A DNA stretch of 64,000 nucleotides from Patescibacteria group bacterium (GTDB lineage: Bacteria > Patescibacteriota > Minisyncoccia > Phycocordibacterales > UBA918). Position 1 is the first letter of the stretch. Every line of letters begins with the position of its first letter. The DNA lies in contig JAIELQ010000006.1 of NCBI GenBank assembly GCA_019752815.1, positions 1,577-65,576 of the forward strand. Direction: 5' to 3'. The position numbers were made by a program, and so were the translations under genes. Of the stretch, positions 9,080 to 17,695 are shown in pieces. The notes under the pieces are model-generated. The model saw only the letters and a list, made by a program, of their open reading frames with translations, was not told the DNA's origin and made no database searches.

Positions 9080-9157
9080 GGTATAAAAAACATAAAGTCT
9101 GATACATAAATTAATTGGTAGACAATATATGCTTGAGTATATTATATAATATAAAGT

Positions 9158-9826
9158 ATGGGGAAGCCTGGTCCAAAACCAAAAGGCAAAGTTGTAATAA
9201 AATGGTCACCGCGGTTTGCGTATGCTATTGGTCTGCTTGTTTCAGATGGCAATTTGTCGCCTGATGGTAGACACATTGCTTTTACTTCAAAAGATATTGA
9301 ATTAATTAATCTCTTCCAATCTTCTTTGAGCCTTGATATGTATATTGGTAAAAAGGCCAGTGGATATTTAGAAGATAAAAAGTATTTTCGAGTTCAATTT
9401 GGCGACGTCTTGTTTTACAATTTTTTATTATCAATAGGTTTAATGCCTAACAAATCAACAGTTATTGGGAAAATTAATATTCCGCCGCAGTTTTTCTTTA
9501 ATTTTTTGCTCGGTTCATTTGATGGAGATGGTTGCACGTATTCTTACTTTGATCCCCGCTGGAAATCTAGCTTTATGTTCTATACAGTTTTTGTGTCTGC
9601 CAGTGAGGAACATATAAATTGGATTAGAACTGAAATACATACCACTTTGGGGATTAAAGGGCACATAACAACTAATAGGACAAAATCAATTTTTCAGCTT
9701 AAATATGCAAAAGCCGATTCTGTTTTGCTCTTACAAAAAATGTATCAGAATAAAAATTTACCCGGTTTGACACGTAAGCGCTTGAAAATTGAAGAGATGT
9801 TGCGTATAATCGGGCAACGTCTTTAG
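9158..9826 (+). CDS. free-standing LAGLIDADG-family homing endonuclease
   Basis: Two LAGLIDADG-like helices, AYAIGLLVSDG and FLLGSFDGDG. AT-rich. Confidence 0.8.
   Translation: MGKPGPKPKGKVVIKWSPRFAYAIGLLVSDGNLSPDGRHIAFTSKDIELINLFQSSLSLDMYIGKKASGYLEDKKYFRVQFGDVLFYNFLLSIGLMPNKSTVIGKINIPPQFFFNFLLGSFDGDGCTYSYFDPRWKSSFMFYTVFVSASEEHINWIRTEIHTTLGIKGHITTNRTKSIFQLKYAKADSVLLLQKMYQNKNLPGLTRKRLKIEEMLRIIGQRL
9782..9810 (+). promoter_or_regulatory. sigma70 promoter for tRNA-Leu, inside the endonuclease 3' end
   Basis: TTGAAA-17 bp-TATAAT. Confidence 0.6.
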
Positions 9827-9853
9827 TTTAAGTATAGCTCTTGACAAAACATT

Positions 9854-9935
9854 GCCCAGGTGATGAAATTGGTATACATGTATCCTTGAGGTGGATATGC
9901 CGAAAGGTGTGGAGGTTCAAGTCCTCTCCTGGGCA
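9854..9935 (+). tRNA. tRNA-Leu(GAG)
   Basis: GCCCAGG acceptor, TATCC-TTGAGGT-GGATA anticodon arm, long variable arm, GGAGG-TTCAAGT-CCTCT T-arm. Confidence 0.92.
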
Positions 9936-10350
9936 CAAAATAAAAAACTTTGCTTTTCTGCAAAGTTTTTTATTTTGGTGAGAGGACTTGAAAAGGTTGC
10001 CAGCTCTTTTGAAAAAAGAGCGACAACCTATACCGAACATGTAATGTTCAAGTCCTCTCCTGGGCACATTGATGTAAACTAAAAAACACTCTTCGAATAG
10101 AAGAGTGTTTTTTAGTTTAGCAAGCAACCTGCGTTGCTTGCGGCATCAATGTGAGACGGAGTCATGTTTTCTCCTCTTTCCTAGAGGAGAAAACAGACGA
10201 GGAGGGGTGAGAAGTGACCTAACGTCACTTCGCAAGACCTTGCCAGCTACTTTGAAAAAGTAGCGACAAGGTGTACAGAATTCGTAGAATTGAAAGCACT
10301 TACTAGATTTGGAGCCAAAGGCGAACAGATATTAATAGTGACTTGTGACC
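9936..10350. repeat. tRNA-associated modular hairpin element (Leu locus), two iterations
   Basis: Antisense T-arm GAGAGGACTTGAA 9980-9992, hairpin copies C (9993-10038) and D (10238-10280), direct repeat of tRNA 3' end ~10046-10068, CAAGCAACCTGCGTTGCTTGCG variant hairpin, ACTTACTAGATTTGG...GTGACC module. Confidence 0.8.
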
Positions 10351-10412
10351 TGATAAAACAATAATTCCTACTCGCCAAACCGCCCCGTTCACAGTACTAT
10401 TATCTCATCAGT

Positions 10413-10610
10413 ATGCTTCAGAATTCAGTTTAAACCAAACGCAAAGCCGCCGGTCTAACCCAGGAAGATTTAGCTAAGGCGGTTGGAGTGACCAGGCAAA
10501 CAATAATCTCAATTGAGAAAGGGAACTACGTCCCCTCAGTTTTGCTCGCAATGAAAATTGCTCAGTGTTTTAATTCGAATGTCGAAGATGTATTTTATGT
10601 AACTTTTTAA
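10413..10610 (+). pseudogene. XRE-family HTH regulator with in-frame TAA at codon 7
   Basis: MLQNSV*TKRKAAGLTQEDLAKAVGVTRQTIISIEKGNYVPSVLLAMKIAQCFNSNVEDVFYVTF. TAA at 10431-10433. Confidence 0.8.
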
Positions 10611-10612
10611 TT

Positions 10613-10969
10613 ATGAAAAAAGATATTAGTGTTCCACTGATAGTAATGATTACCGCTTTGGCATTTCTAGATCCATTTATGTATCTAATGCCCAGCATGA
10701 TGGTGTCATTTGTACTAGGTATTTTAATGATTGCAACGGTGGTTTACGGGCTCATTATTTTTAAGGAGAATGCCCAAGACGAACGTGAGGTGGCCGTGCG
10801 GGCATTTGCTGATCGACATGCTGGTTTAGTAGGTACTATTGGATTGGTGCTTGTAATTGTCTATCAGGTACTCGTGGTACATCATGTCGATGCCGTTATT
10901 GTACTGATTCTGCTTGCTATGCTTATCACAAAATATGTGGCGCACGTGTACGCCGAAAAACATCTCTAG
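10613..10969 (+). CDS. small 4-TM membrane protein (DUF2178-like partner of the XRE gene)
   Basis: Hydrophobic helices and DERE motif, directly after the HTH gene. Confidence 0.6.
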   Translation: MKKDISVPLIVMITALAFLDPFMYLMPSMMVSFVLGILMIATVVYGLIIFKENAQDEREVAVRAFADRHAGLVGTIGLVLVIVYQVLVVHHVDAVIVLILLAMLITKYVAHVYAEKHL

Positions 10970-11009
10970 TACATACAAAAAGACTCACACATGTGTGAGT
11001 CTTTTTGTA

Positions 11010-11522
11010 TTATTTAGTTGTAAGGTATTCTTCTAAAAATGCTAATTCACGAGGAATGTTAAAGTGGCTTTCGTAGTTTGTTCGTTCTCCGTTGCGTACT
11101 AGATCGAGTACCACTGCAGGAGAGACCCAGATATTAGTTTGACCAGCGGCAATCTCGGCTTCTTCAAAGGTAGGTGCGGTAATAGGGGATGTGACCTTGG
11201 CCACATAGCAGTAACTAATATGGAGAAGTTTGTATTTTGCTCGGTACTCAATAGTCACGCCAACCGGACGCAGTATTTCGCAGTCACACCCCACTTCTTC
11301 GCGCACTTCACGCACGAGTGCTTCCTCAATGCTTTCGCCCGGGTCAACACCTCCGCCGGGTAGTTTGTAAAAACGATAGTTTTGCAGGTGCTGGATCGCA
11401 ATTTCTCCAGCTTCGTTAACGAGAATCACACGGGCACTTTTACGGAGTTCGTAGGTACTTTTTAATTTCTCAGCTTCTCCGATTCCTACCGTGGCGTCAG
11501 ATATTTCCGCTAGTATTTTCAT
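11010..11522 (-). CDS. NUDIX hydrolase
   Basis: LPGGGVDPGESIEEALVREVREEVG Nudix box. Confidence 0.92.
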   Translation of the reverse strand: MKILAEISDATVGIGEAEKLKSTYELRKSARVILVNEAGEIAIQHLQNYRFYKLPGGGVDPGESIEEALVREVREEVGCDCEILRPVGVTIEYRAKYKLLHISYCYVAKVTSPITAPTFEEAEIAAGQTNIWVSPAVVLDLVRNGERTNYESHFNIPRELAFLEEYLTTK

Positions 11523-11543
11523 GAGAAAAGTCTACCATGAACT

Positions 11544-12140
11544 TTATTTTGGTTCACGTTTTGGATAAATTTTGAGGGCATACTCAATGATGTGACTGGC
11601 GTAAATAAAGAGTAGTAGGGTAGTAACTATGATAATAGGTAAGATTATTTCGAGATGCTTCATTCGACCAAACATAGTCTCGGCAATGGTGGCAAAAAAG
11701 TACCCCAAGGCGGTAAAGACAAATACCCAAATCCATACTCCAATAGCGTTGTATACGAGAAAACTACTTGTAGACATAGGAGTCTTTCCTAGGCTAAACG
11801 GTATTACCATACGTAATCCGTACATAAATCTCATTGATACGGCCATCAGACGTGGGCGTTTACCCACAATATCAGCCGAGCGATTACTGAGACTATTAAG
11901 AAACTCTGAGCGGGCAAGCCACGTATTATGACTATATCGACCTAACATAAACCAAATAACATCTGACAGCCAGGTTCCAAAAAATGCCGCCAACATAACA
12001 ATCGGTAAATCGAGTTTGCCTAAGTAGGCGAGGAAACTAGCAACGAGGAGTAAAGCGTCACCTTCAAATAGTGATCCCAAAAAAACCGCTAGGTAGCCGT
12101 AGGTTTCAACGAGGTGCAATAAATACGGAGATAATTCCAC
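11544..12140 (-). CDS. DedA family membrane protein
   Basis: YGYLAVFLG..EG, D..WF.LGR, RF.YG.R motifs. Confidence 0.88.
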   Translation of the reverse strand: MELSPYLLHLVETYGYLAVFLGSLFEGDALLLVASFLAYLGKLDLPIVMLAAFFGTWLSDVIWFMLGRYSHNTWLARSEFLNSLSNRSADIVGKRPRLMAVSMRFMYGLRMVIPFSLGKTPMSTSSFLVYNAIGVWIWVFVFTALGYFFATIAETMFGRMKHLEIILPIIIVTTLLLFIYASHIIEYALKIYPKREPK

Positions 12141-12189
12141 TCCCGTATCATACCAGAAAAAGTTAATAGCGAGCTAACGTAGATATAGT

Positions 12190-13206
12190 TTAACGATTAC
12201 TTCGTGCTTCTTTGATTGATGCATAGTAGGCAACTGATACACAAAACAGGCCAACCAAACCGGTAATAATTTCAGGTACATGAATAACTAAATTGGCAAG
12301 CATCGCTATCGAGAGGCCTAAAATTGCCCAATGCGCTCCTTGTTCTAGATAAACTAAATGAGCGAGAGTTTTTCGAGCCACCATGTAGACGGTAAATGAG
12401 CGAACAAAGTATGCTCCAATTCCAAGGCCTGTTACGATAATGAGTAAATTGCTTGAGAGGGCAAACGCTCCTACTACGCCATCGAGTGAAAAGGCAGAAT
12501 CAAGAACGTTAAGATACAAAAAAAGCGCCAAACCACCTTTTGCCACCTGACTACTTTCCAGGGATATCGAGCTACTAATGCCTTCCATAATGATAAAGAG
12601 TAGTAAGCCAATAAAACCTGCAACTAAAATTGAGGCTTGGTCAAAAGGGGAGATAAACGAGAGACCAATGAGCACTGCAATAGCAATAGCGATTTCTAAT
12701 GCTTCCATCCGCCCCCATTTCACAAAATGTTGTTCAATACGGGCAATGAAGTGGACGGATTTCCCAACATCAAAGAAATATTTTAAAGATACCATCAATA
12801 AAAATATTCCCCCAAAGGCAGTAATGGCTCCGCGCACTCCCTCAAGTAGTTCGCCGTACGCTACGGGGTCCATCACTGCCAGTTTGGAAATAAAAATTGG
12901 TGACGCCCAGGCAGCAACACTTACAATCAAAATAGGTAGTACTAGACGGGTGCCAAAAACTGCCACTAAAATACCCCAAGTTAAAAACCGCTTTTGCCAG
13001 ATAGGGCTCATTCGGGCGAGTACTTTGGCATTCACAACTGCGTTGTCAAACGATAAGGTCACTTCCAGAATTGAAAGGATGATTACAATAAAGAGAGCAG
13101 ACATTCCGGCCTGATACCAGACAGCAATAAATCCCACGAGAGCAACAATGATCGGTCCGAGAAAATACTGCTGTATGGTGTTTGTCATATGCGGTGAGTA
13201 TACCAC
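12190..13206 (-). CDS. DUF475 / TerC-like membrane protein
   Basis: LEVTLSFDNAVVNA, LD.AFSLDGVVGAFA, GLGIGA.FVRS.T. Confidence 0.88.
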   Translation of the reverse strand: MVYSPHMTNTIQQYFLGPIIVALVGFIAVWYQAGMSALFIVIILSILEVTLSFDNAVVNAKVLARMSPIWQKRFLTWGILVAVFGTRLVLPILIVSVAAWASPIFISKLAVMDPVAYGELLEGVRGAITAFGGIFLLMVSLKYFFDVGKSVHFIARIEQHFVKWGRMEALEIAIAIAVLIGLSFISPFDQASILVAGFIGLLLFIIMEGISSSISLESSQVAKGGLALFLYLNVLDSAFSLDGVVGAFALSSNLLIIVTGLGIGAYFVRSFTVYMVARKTLAHLVYLEQGAHWAILGLSIAMLANLVIHVPEIITGLVGLFCVSVAYYASIKEARSNR

Positions 13207-13225
13207 CTAGGGGAGGTATATGAAG

Positions 13226-13480
13226 TTATATTGGAAATTTTTGCCGACGAGAAGTAACTTTTGATACCAGTTCGTGTTTACTGCGGTCACCGTTTCGACT
13301 CTCGACTCGTGTACGCCAGCGAACATAAGTTTTGGGTGATTGATGCGTGCGCATAAAAGCAACAACTTCATTTTCAGTCAAACCCCATTCGCGTTTGATT
13401 GTTTCAAACGAAATTGTGTCGCCCCAAGCCATGAGAATGATTTGTTCAATTTGTTCTGGTGTAAAGTGATGAGCTTTCAT
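13226..13480 (-). CDS. TIGR03643/DUF2805-like small protein
   Basis: II.MAW.D..SFE.I....GL.E.EV...MR......Y..WR.RV. Confidence 0.8.
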   Translation of the reverse strand: MKAHHFTPEQIEQIILMAWGDTISFETIKREWGLTENEVVAFMRTHQSPKTYVRWRTRVESRNGDRSKHELVSKVTSRRQKFPI

Positions 13481-13537
13481 ACGAGTATCTTACTATGTTG
13501 GTGGTAATAAAACAGCTCTTATTACGGCATACAATAT

Positions 13538-14104
13538 ATGGATAAAATACTTTTTGCGGTAATCGCACTGCTCGTCTTGGGAGGTGGTGTTTTGGTATTT
13601 AATACTGATACCGCACCAGATGGAGAAAAAATTAATAACAATTATCAAAATGTTGAACCGATTGGGGAAGTTGATAATAAAAGAGAAGTCCCTCGTGATG
13701 TTAACGAAACTAAAGTATCAGGTAACAATACTATTTTAGATTTAAGCAATCAAAATTTAACTTCTGTCCCACAAATAACGTTTTCCAATACTGCAATTCT
13801 AGAGCTTAGTTTGGCAAATAATTCACTCACAGGCTCTTTGCCGGGTGAAATTCGTTTCCTGCAAAACTTAAAAGTGCTTAATCTGAGCAATAATCAATTC
13901 ACTGGTCTTCCGGCAGAGATTGGTCAATTACAAAATCTAGAGGTACTTGATGTGTCCAATAATAAGATAACCGGTTTACCAAATGAACTAGGGAATCTCA
14001 AAAACTTAAAAGTGCTTAAACTAACGGGTAACCAATACTCAGTTTCTGATTTAGAGGGAATTAAAAATAAGTTACCTGCTTCTGTAGTGATCGAGCTAAA
14101 TTAG
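13538..14104 (+). CDS. membrane-anchored leucine-rich-repeat protein
   Basis: N-terminal TM, repeats L..L.LS.N..TGLP.EIG.L. Confidence 0.88.
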   Translation: MDKILFAVIALLVLGGGVLVFNTDTAPDGEKINNNYQNVEPIGEVDNKREVPRDVNETKVSGNNTILDLSNQNLTSVPQITFSNTAILELSLANNSLTGSLPGEIRFLQNLKVLNLSNNQFTGLPAEIGQLQNLEVLDVSNNKITGLPNELGNLKNLKVLKLTGNQYSVSDLEGIKNKLPASVVIELN

Positions 14105-14129
14105 CTATTTCGCATACATAAAATTTTCC

Positions 14130-14627
14130 GTGTACAATAGAGAATCTATGCGAAAAATTTGGAACAGGCCTAACCAGCAAGTTTGGAGCCTCTCAACCAT
14201 TGATGCTGATGGTGTAGGGAATATGAACATATGTACCTATGTATCCGCTGTATCAATGGAGCCAAAGTTACTGATGGTAGCGGTGTATCACGGGACTAAA
14301 ACCCATAGTAATTTAGTGGTAACTAAGCGAGCGGTCCTGCAGTTGCTTAGTGAAGAATTAGCCCCGGTCACAAAGGTATGTGGTCATTTATCAGGCACAA
14401 AAATTAACAAAATGAATCGTTTACAAAAACGGTATGAAGTTTTTACCGTACATGATATTCCAGTCTTTGCTCGTAGTGCTGGTTATATGGAGTTGCAACT
14501 ACAGAAACTAATTACAGTGGGTGGTGATCACGATTTAGCCGTCTGTACGGTAACTAGTAGTAAGAATCTGCATGACATCCCTCTCCTGACCACGGATCAT
14601 TTACGTGCAAACGGACTACTCCGGTAA
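14130..14627 (+). CDS. flavin reductase-like protein
   Basis: N....YVSAVSMEP, GGDHDL motifs. Confidence 0.75.
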   Translation: MYNRESMRKIWNRPNQQVWSLSTIDADGVGNMNICTYVSAVSMEPKLLMVAVYHGTKTHSNLVVTKRAVLQLLSEELAPVTKVCGHLSGTKINKMNRLQKRYEVFTVHDIPVFARSAGYMELQLQKLITVGGDHDLAVCTVTSSKNLHDIPLLTTDHLRANGLLR

Positions 14628-14634
14628 ATTATAA

Positions 14635-15273
14635 TTACTCAATTGGAATCAAAATTTCATTACGGAGGGTGAGCGGGATCGATAGTGGGGGATTATAGCG
14701 CGCGGTTTCAATCGCTCCGGTTGCGACTTTCCCATCACGGATGAGGTATGAAACCAGCTCGGCTTTTTTTGCTTCAGTTCTTGATGTTGTTGGGTACCAA
14801 GTGTAGCGGAGAACTGCCACTTTTCGAGCCGGTACTGCTATGAGTTTCACTGCTTCATTATTTGGTAGTGGCAATGTATCAAGGGTGTATTTTGCGGGCA
14901 CTACAAACGCGATTGTGCGGGTAGCGTTTGTTGCTGCAGATTCCAGTACCGGTACGGTCATAGCAATTTTTTCTGAGTTGTTCTCACTGGGACTTTCAAG
15001 GACCGGTGTGGTCATTGCTATACTTTCGCGTTTGATGTTATTACCAAAAATATAATCAGCGATAATGCGAAATCCTTCCCGGGTAGCATTTTGGTAATCA
15101 CCGGTTACTTCGGTGGTGGCCATAATGTATGGTTCGTACTGTCGAATTTCGTAACCACCTTTTTTCTCAAGGATCGTGTATGTTGGTTCTTCAATGGTCC
15201 ATATTACGGCGTAACTACCAATAATCCATAAAATTAAACCTACAATAATGGCTCCTAAAATATAGTAATACAT
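14635..15273 (-). CDS. SOUL heme-binding family protein
   Basis: EEP.Y, YEIRQY, GFR..ADYIFG.N, IAMT.PV, YNPP...RNEI. Confidence 0.9.
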   Translation of the reverse strand: MYYYILGAIIVGLILWIIGSYAVIWTIEEPTYTILEKKGGYEIRQYEPYIMATTEVTGDYQNATREGFRIIADYIFGNNIKRESIAMTTPVLESPSENNSEKIAMTVPVLESAATNATRTIAFVVPAKYTLDTLPLPNNEAVKLIAVPARKVAVLRYTWYPTTSRTEAKKAELVSYLIRDGKVATGAIETARYNPPLSIPLTLRNEILIPIE

Positions 15274-15346
15274 ATGTTTAGTATACGCTCATTTTACGAT
15301 TTGTGTGATGTAACGTTTTGATACATTATAGCCATAATATAGCTGA

Positions 15347-15889
15347 GTGAAGCATATGGAATATATCGATGAAATACGTGAGTTAATTAGCAAATCCGCG
15401 CAAGGAAATTCGGACTGTTTTCAACAGCTGTACGAACTTTTGATTGATAAAGTTTTTGCGTATGTACGGTATCGAACTAATTCAGAAGATGATGCGCTCG
15501 ATATAACCCAAGAAGTTTTTGTAGATATATACAAAGGACTTCCAGGTTTTACGTATACATCCAAAGAACAGTTCTACGGATTTGTCTTTACGATAACCAA
15601 ACGTAAATTAGCAAAATATTATGCTGACAAGCATACGCATGCAACAAAAACGACAACTGAGTTTAACGAAGACAACTATAGTGATTCTTTGTTAAATCCA
15701 GAAACAGAGCGAGATGTTGCGCGCGCACTCACTACACTTGATGAGACTGCTCGTGAAATTGTAGTGTTGCATCATTGGTCACGATATTCATTTCCAGAAA
15801 TAGCAGCACTTATACAGATGACGGAATCAGCAGTGCGGGTGCGACACCATCGAGCCCTGAAATTATTATCAGCCTCATTACATTCCTAA
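15347..15889 (+). CDS. ECF-type RNA polymerase sigma factor
   Basis: DA.DITQEVF region 2, L....REIV.L.....S..EIA......V.V..HRA region 4. Confidence 0.9.
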   Translation: MKHMEYIDEIRELISKSAQGNSDCFQQLYELLIDKVFAYVRYRTNSEDDALDITQEVFVDIYKGLPGFTYTSKEQFYGFVFTITKRKLAKYYADKHTHATKTTTEFNEDNYSDSLLNPETERDVARALTTLDETAREIVVLHHWSRYSFPEIAALIQMTESAVRVRHHRALKLLSASLHS

Positions 15890-15893
15890 TTAT

Positions 15894-16658
15894 ATGAAAG
15901 AACATACTACAACAGAAATGCTTTTGGAATCACAGCATGCTCCACTCGCTCAAGATAAAAAAGAAGCGCTCTGGAAAAATATTGAGGCTGATATTGCCGC
16001 GCTTCCAGTTCCATCACCGTATGCATTTACTATGGTAACTAAAAAATCTATGACCTCAATTGCTCTTGCGTTGGTACTAATGTTCAGTCTTGGCGGTACC
16101 GCCTACGCCTCAAACGACGCCAGACCGGGAGATATCCTTTTCCCCGTTGATCAAGCATTCGAAGAAATCAGATTGGCGCTCGTGCGTAACGATGATAATC
16201 GCGCCCAATTACAAATCGCGTACGCCGAAGAACGACTTAGTGAACTGCGCTCAATTCTGGCAGAACGCAATAATGGACAAGTGGCGACCTCAACCAACAG
16301 CAGCAATGCTACTTCGACGGTAGTAACCTTTGAAGCCGAAGCTGATGTTTTCACTAACACCACAATCGTAACGGTTGAAATTAATGACCGAAAAACAACT
16401 TTTGAAACTTCAGCTAAAACAAAATCAGCCGTCGTGGATGAAATTGTCCGTCGGCACAACGTTGACCGCACCGTAGTTGAGCAAGCACTTGATTTTGAAA
16501 TTGAAGATCGAGCGAGTCGGGTGAGTGATGCAGATGATTCAGATTCACGCAACAATGATGATGACAAAGACAAAGACAAAGATGAAGATCGTGATTCTGA
16601 TGATGACAATAGTAACGACAATGATGATGAAGACTCTGACGACAAAAATGAAGATTAA
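15894..16658 (+). CDS. putative anti-sigma factor (DUF5667-like) with Asp-rich tail
   Basis: Follows ECF sigma, one TM, A.PGD.L.PV....E, AEERL.E, D/N-rich C-terminus. Confidence 0.65.
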   Translation: MKEHTTTEMLLESQHAPLAQDKKEALWKNIEADIAALPVPSPYAFTMVTKKSMTSIALALVLMFSLGGTAYASNDARPGDILFPVDQAFEEIRLALVRNDDNRAQLQIAYAEERLSELRSILAERNNGQVATSTNSSNATSTVVTFEAEADVFTNTTIVTVEINDRKTTFETSAKTKSAVVDEIVRRHNVDRTVVEQALDFEIEDRASRVSDADDSDSRNNDDDKDKDKDEDRDSDDDNSNDNDDEDSDDKNED

Positions 16659-16886
16659 TACCTAAGAAAAGACATGCTAAAAAGCACCAATCGGTGCTTT
16701 TTTACTGTATCGCAATAAAACATCATATAGTCAATAAGATAAACTTTATTGTGACTCCTCATACAACCGAAGTCGCTAGCGTTGGTTTAGTGCCAGTCAC
16801 AATGTAATCACGGGTGTTCATAGTGTGGGCAAAATCTTGAGTGCAATCATAGTATCATAGAGGTATCTGGTTAATTTTATAAAGTA

Positions 16887-17594
16887 ATGCTTTCAATTTT
16901 TCCACAACATATAAAAACGCATCAAGCGGTTTTATGTATCGCTATTGTTTTTGTAATTGCAGTTTTAGTCAGTGTCGCTATTTCTGGGTCGACTGCTCCG
17001 TCCACTTTTTTTATGAAAAATTCAAATACAGTCAGTGAATCGCTTGGTAGTCAATCGTTATCTACTGTCGTCCCGCGCACACATACCAGCAGTGAATCAT
17101 TAGAAGTTTTTCGTGTAAGTAAAGATGTGTCAGCTACTGAATTTGCTGTTTCGGGACCAAACATTAAGTTATCAAAATCAAAAGAACGTGAATTTGAAAA
17201 AAAACGCCAAGAAAAACTATCAGCTAGTCTTTGGTCAGACCAGCCGGGAATGGTTGTTGGTAGAGTAGTTAATATGGATGAACAGATTACTGAAGAACCG
17301 GTAGCAGAAGAGCTGCTTGTCTCGGAACCGAATATCACTAACATTTTTAATGCTGAAGATGATGATTTTCTAGGTATCAGCTCGTCTGCTTCAGTAGACA
17401 GTAATGCTACGCCGGAGGTCATGGATCATCAAGCTACTTTATCGCTTGAGCAAAATGTAGACACCGCTTCGTCGACGATTGAATCGAGTGAGAATACTTT
17501 TACAGAGAATGCTACAACGACTGCTCCTGTACTGACTAATGAGTCGGAGGAAGAGTCTTTCATCGAAATGATACCAGAAATCCTGCCGATATAA
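16887..17594 (+). CDS. hypothetical membrane-anchored acidic protein
   Basis: 235-aa ORF, N-terminal TM, Ser/Glu/Thr-rich. Confidence 0.6.
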   Translation: MLSIFPQHIKTHQAVLCIAIVFVIAVLVSVAISGSTAPSTFFMKNSNTVSESLGSQSLSTVVPRTHTSSESLEVFRVSKDVSATEFAVSGPNIKLSKSKEREFEKKRQEKLSASLWSDQPGMVVGRVVNMDEQITEEPVAEELLVSEPNITNIFNAEDDDFLGISSSASVDSNATPEVMDHQATLSLEQNVDTASSTIESSENTFTENATTTAPVLTNESEEESFIEMIPEILPI

Positions 17595-17695
17595 AGTAAG
17601 GTAGAGCCATAAGTGCCAATTGAGCCAATAACGTACGTGGCGTGTTATAGCCAGGTTCGAGCTGGTCTTAGGTGCACTGTAGTATACTAATTTAT

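Noticed and set aside
66-10350. CRISPR array interpretation of the tRNA-adjacent repeats
   Set aside because: No regularly spaced identical repeats with unique spacers, and no cas genes.
10431-10433. Stop-codon reassignment in this genome
   Set aside because: TAA, TAG and TGA all terminate conserved genes normally here, and this is a single isolated in-frame stop.
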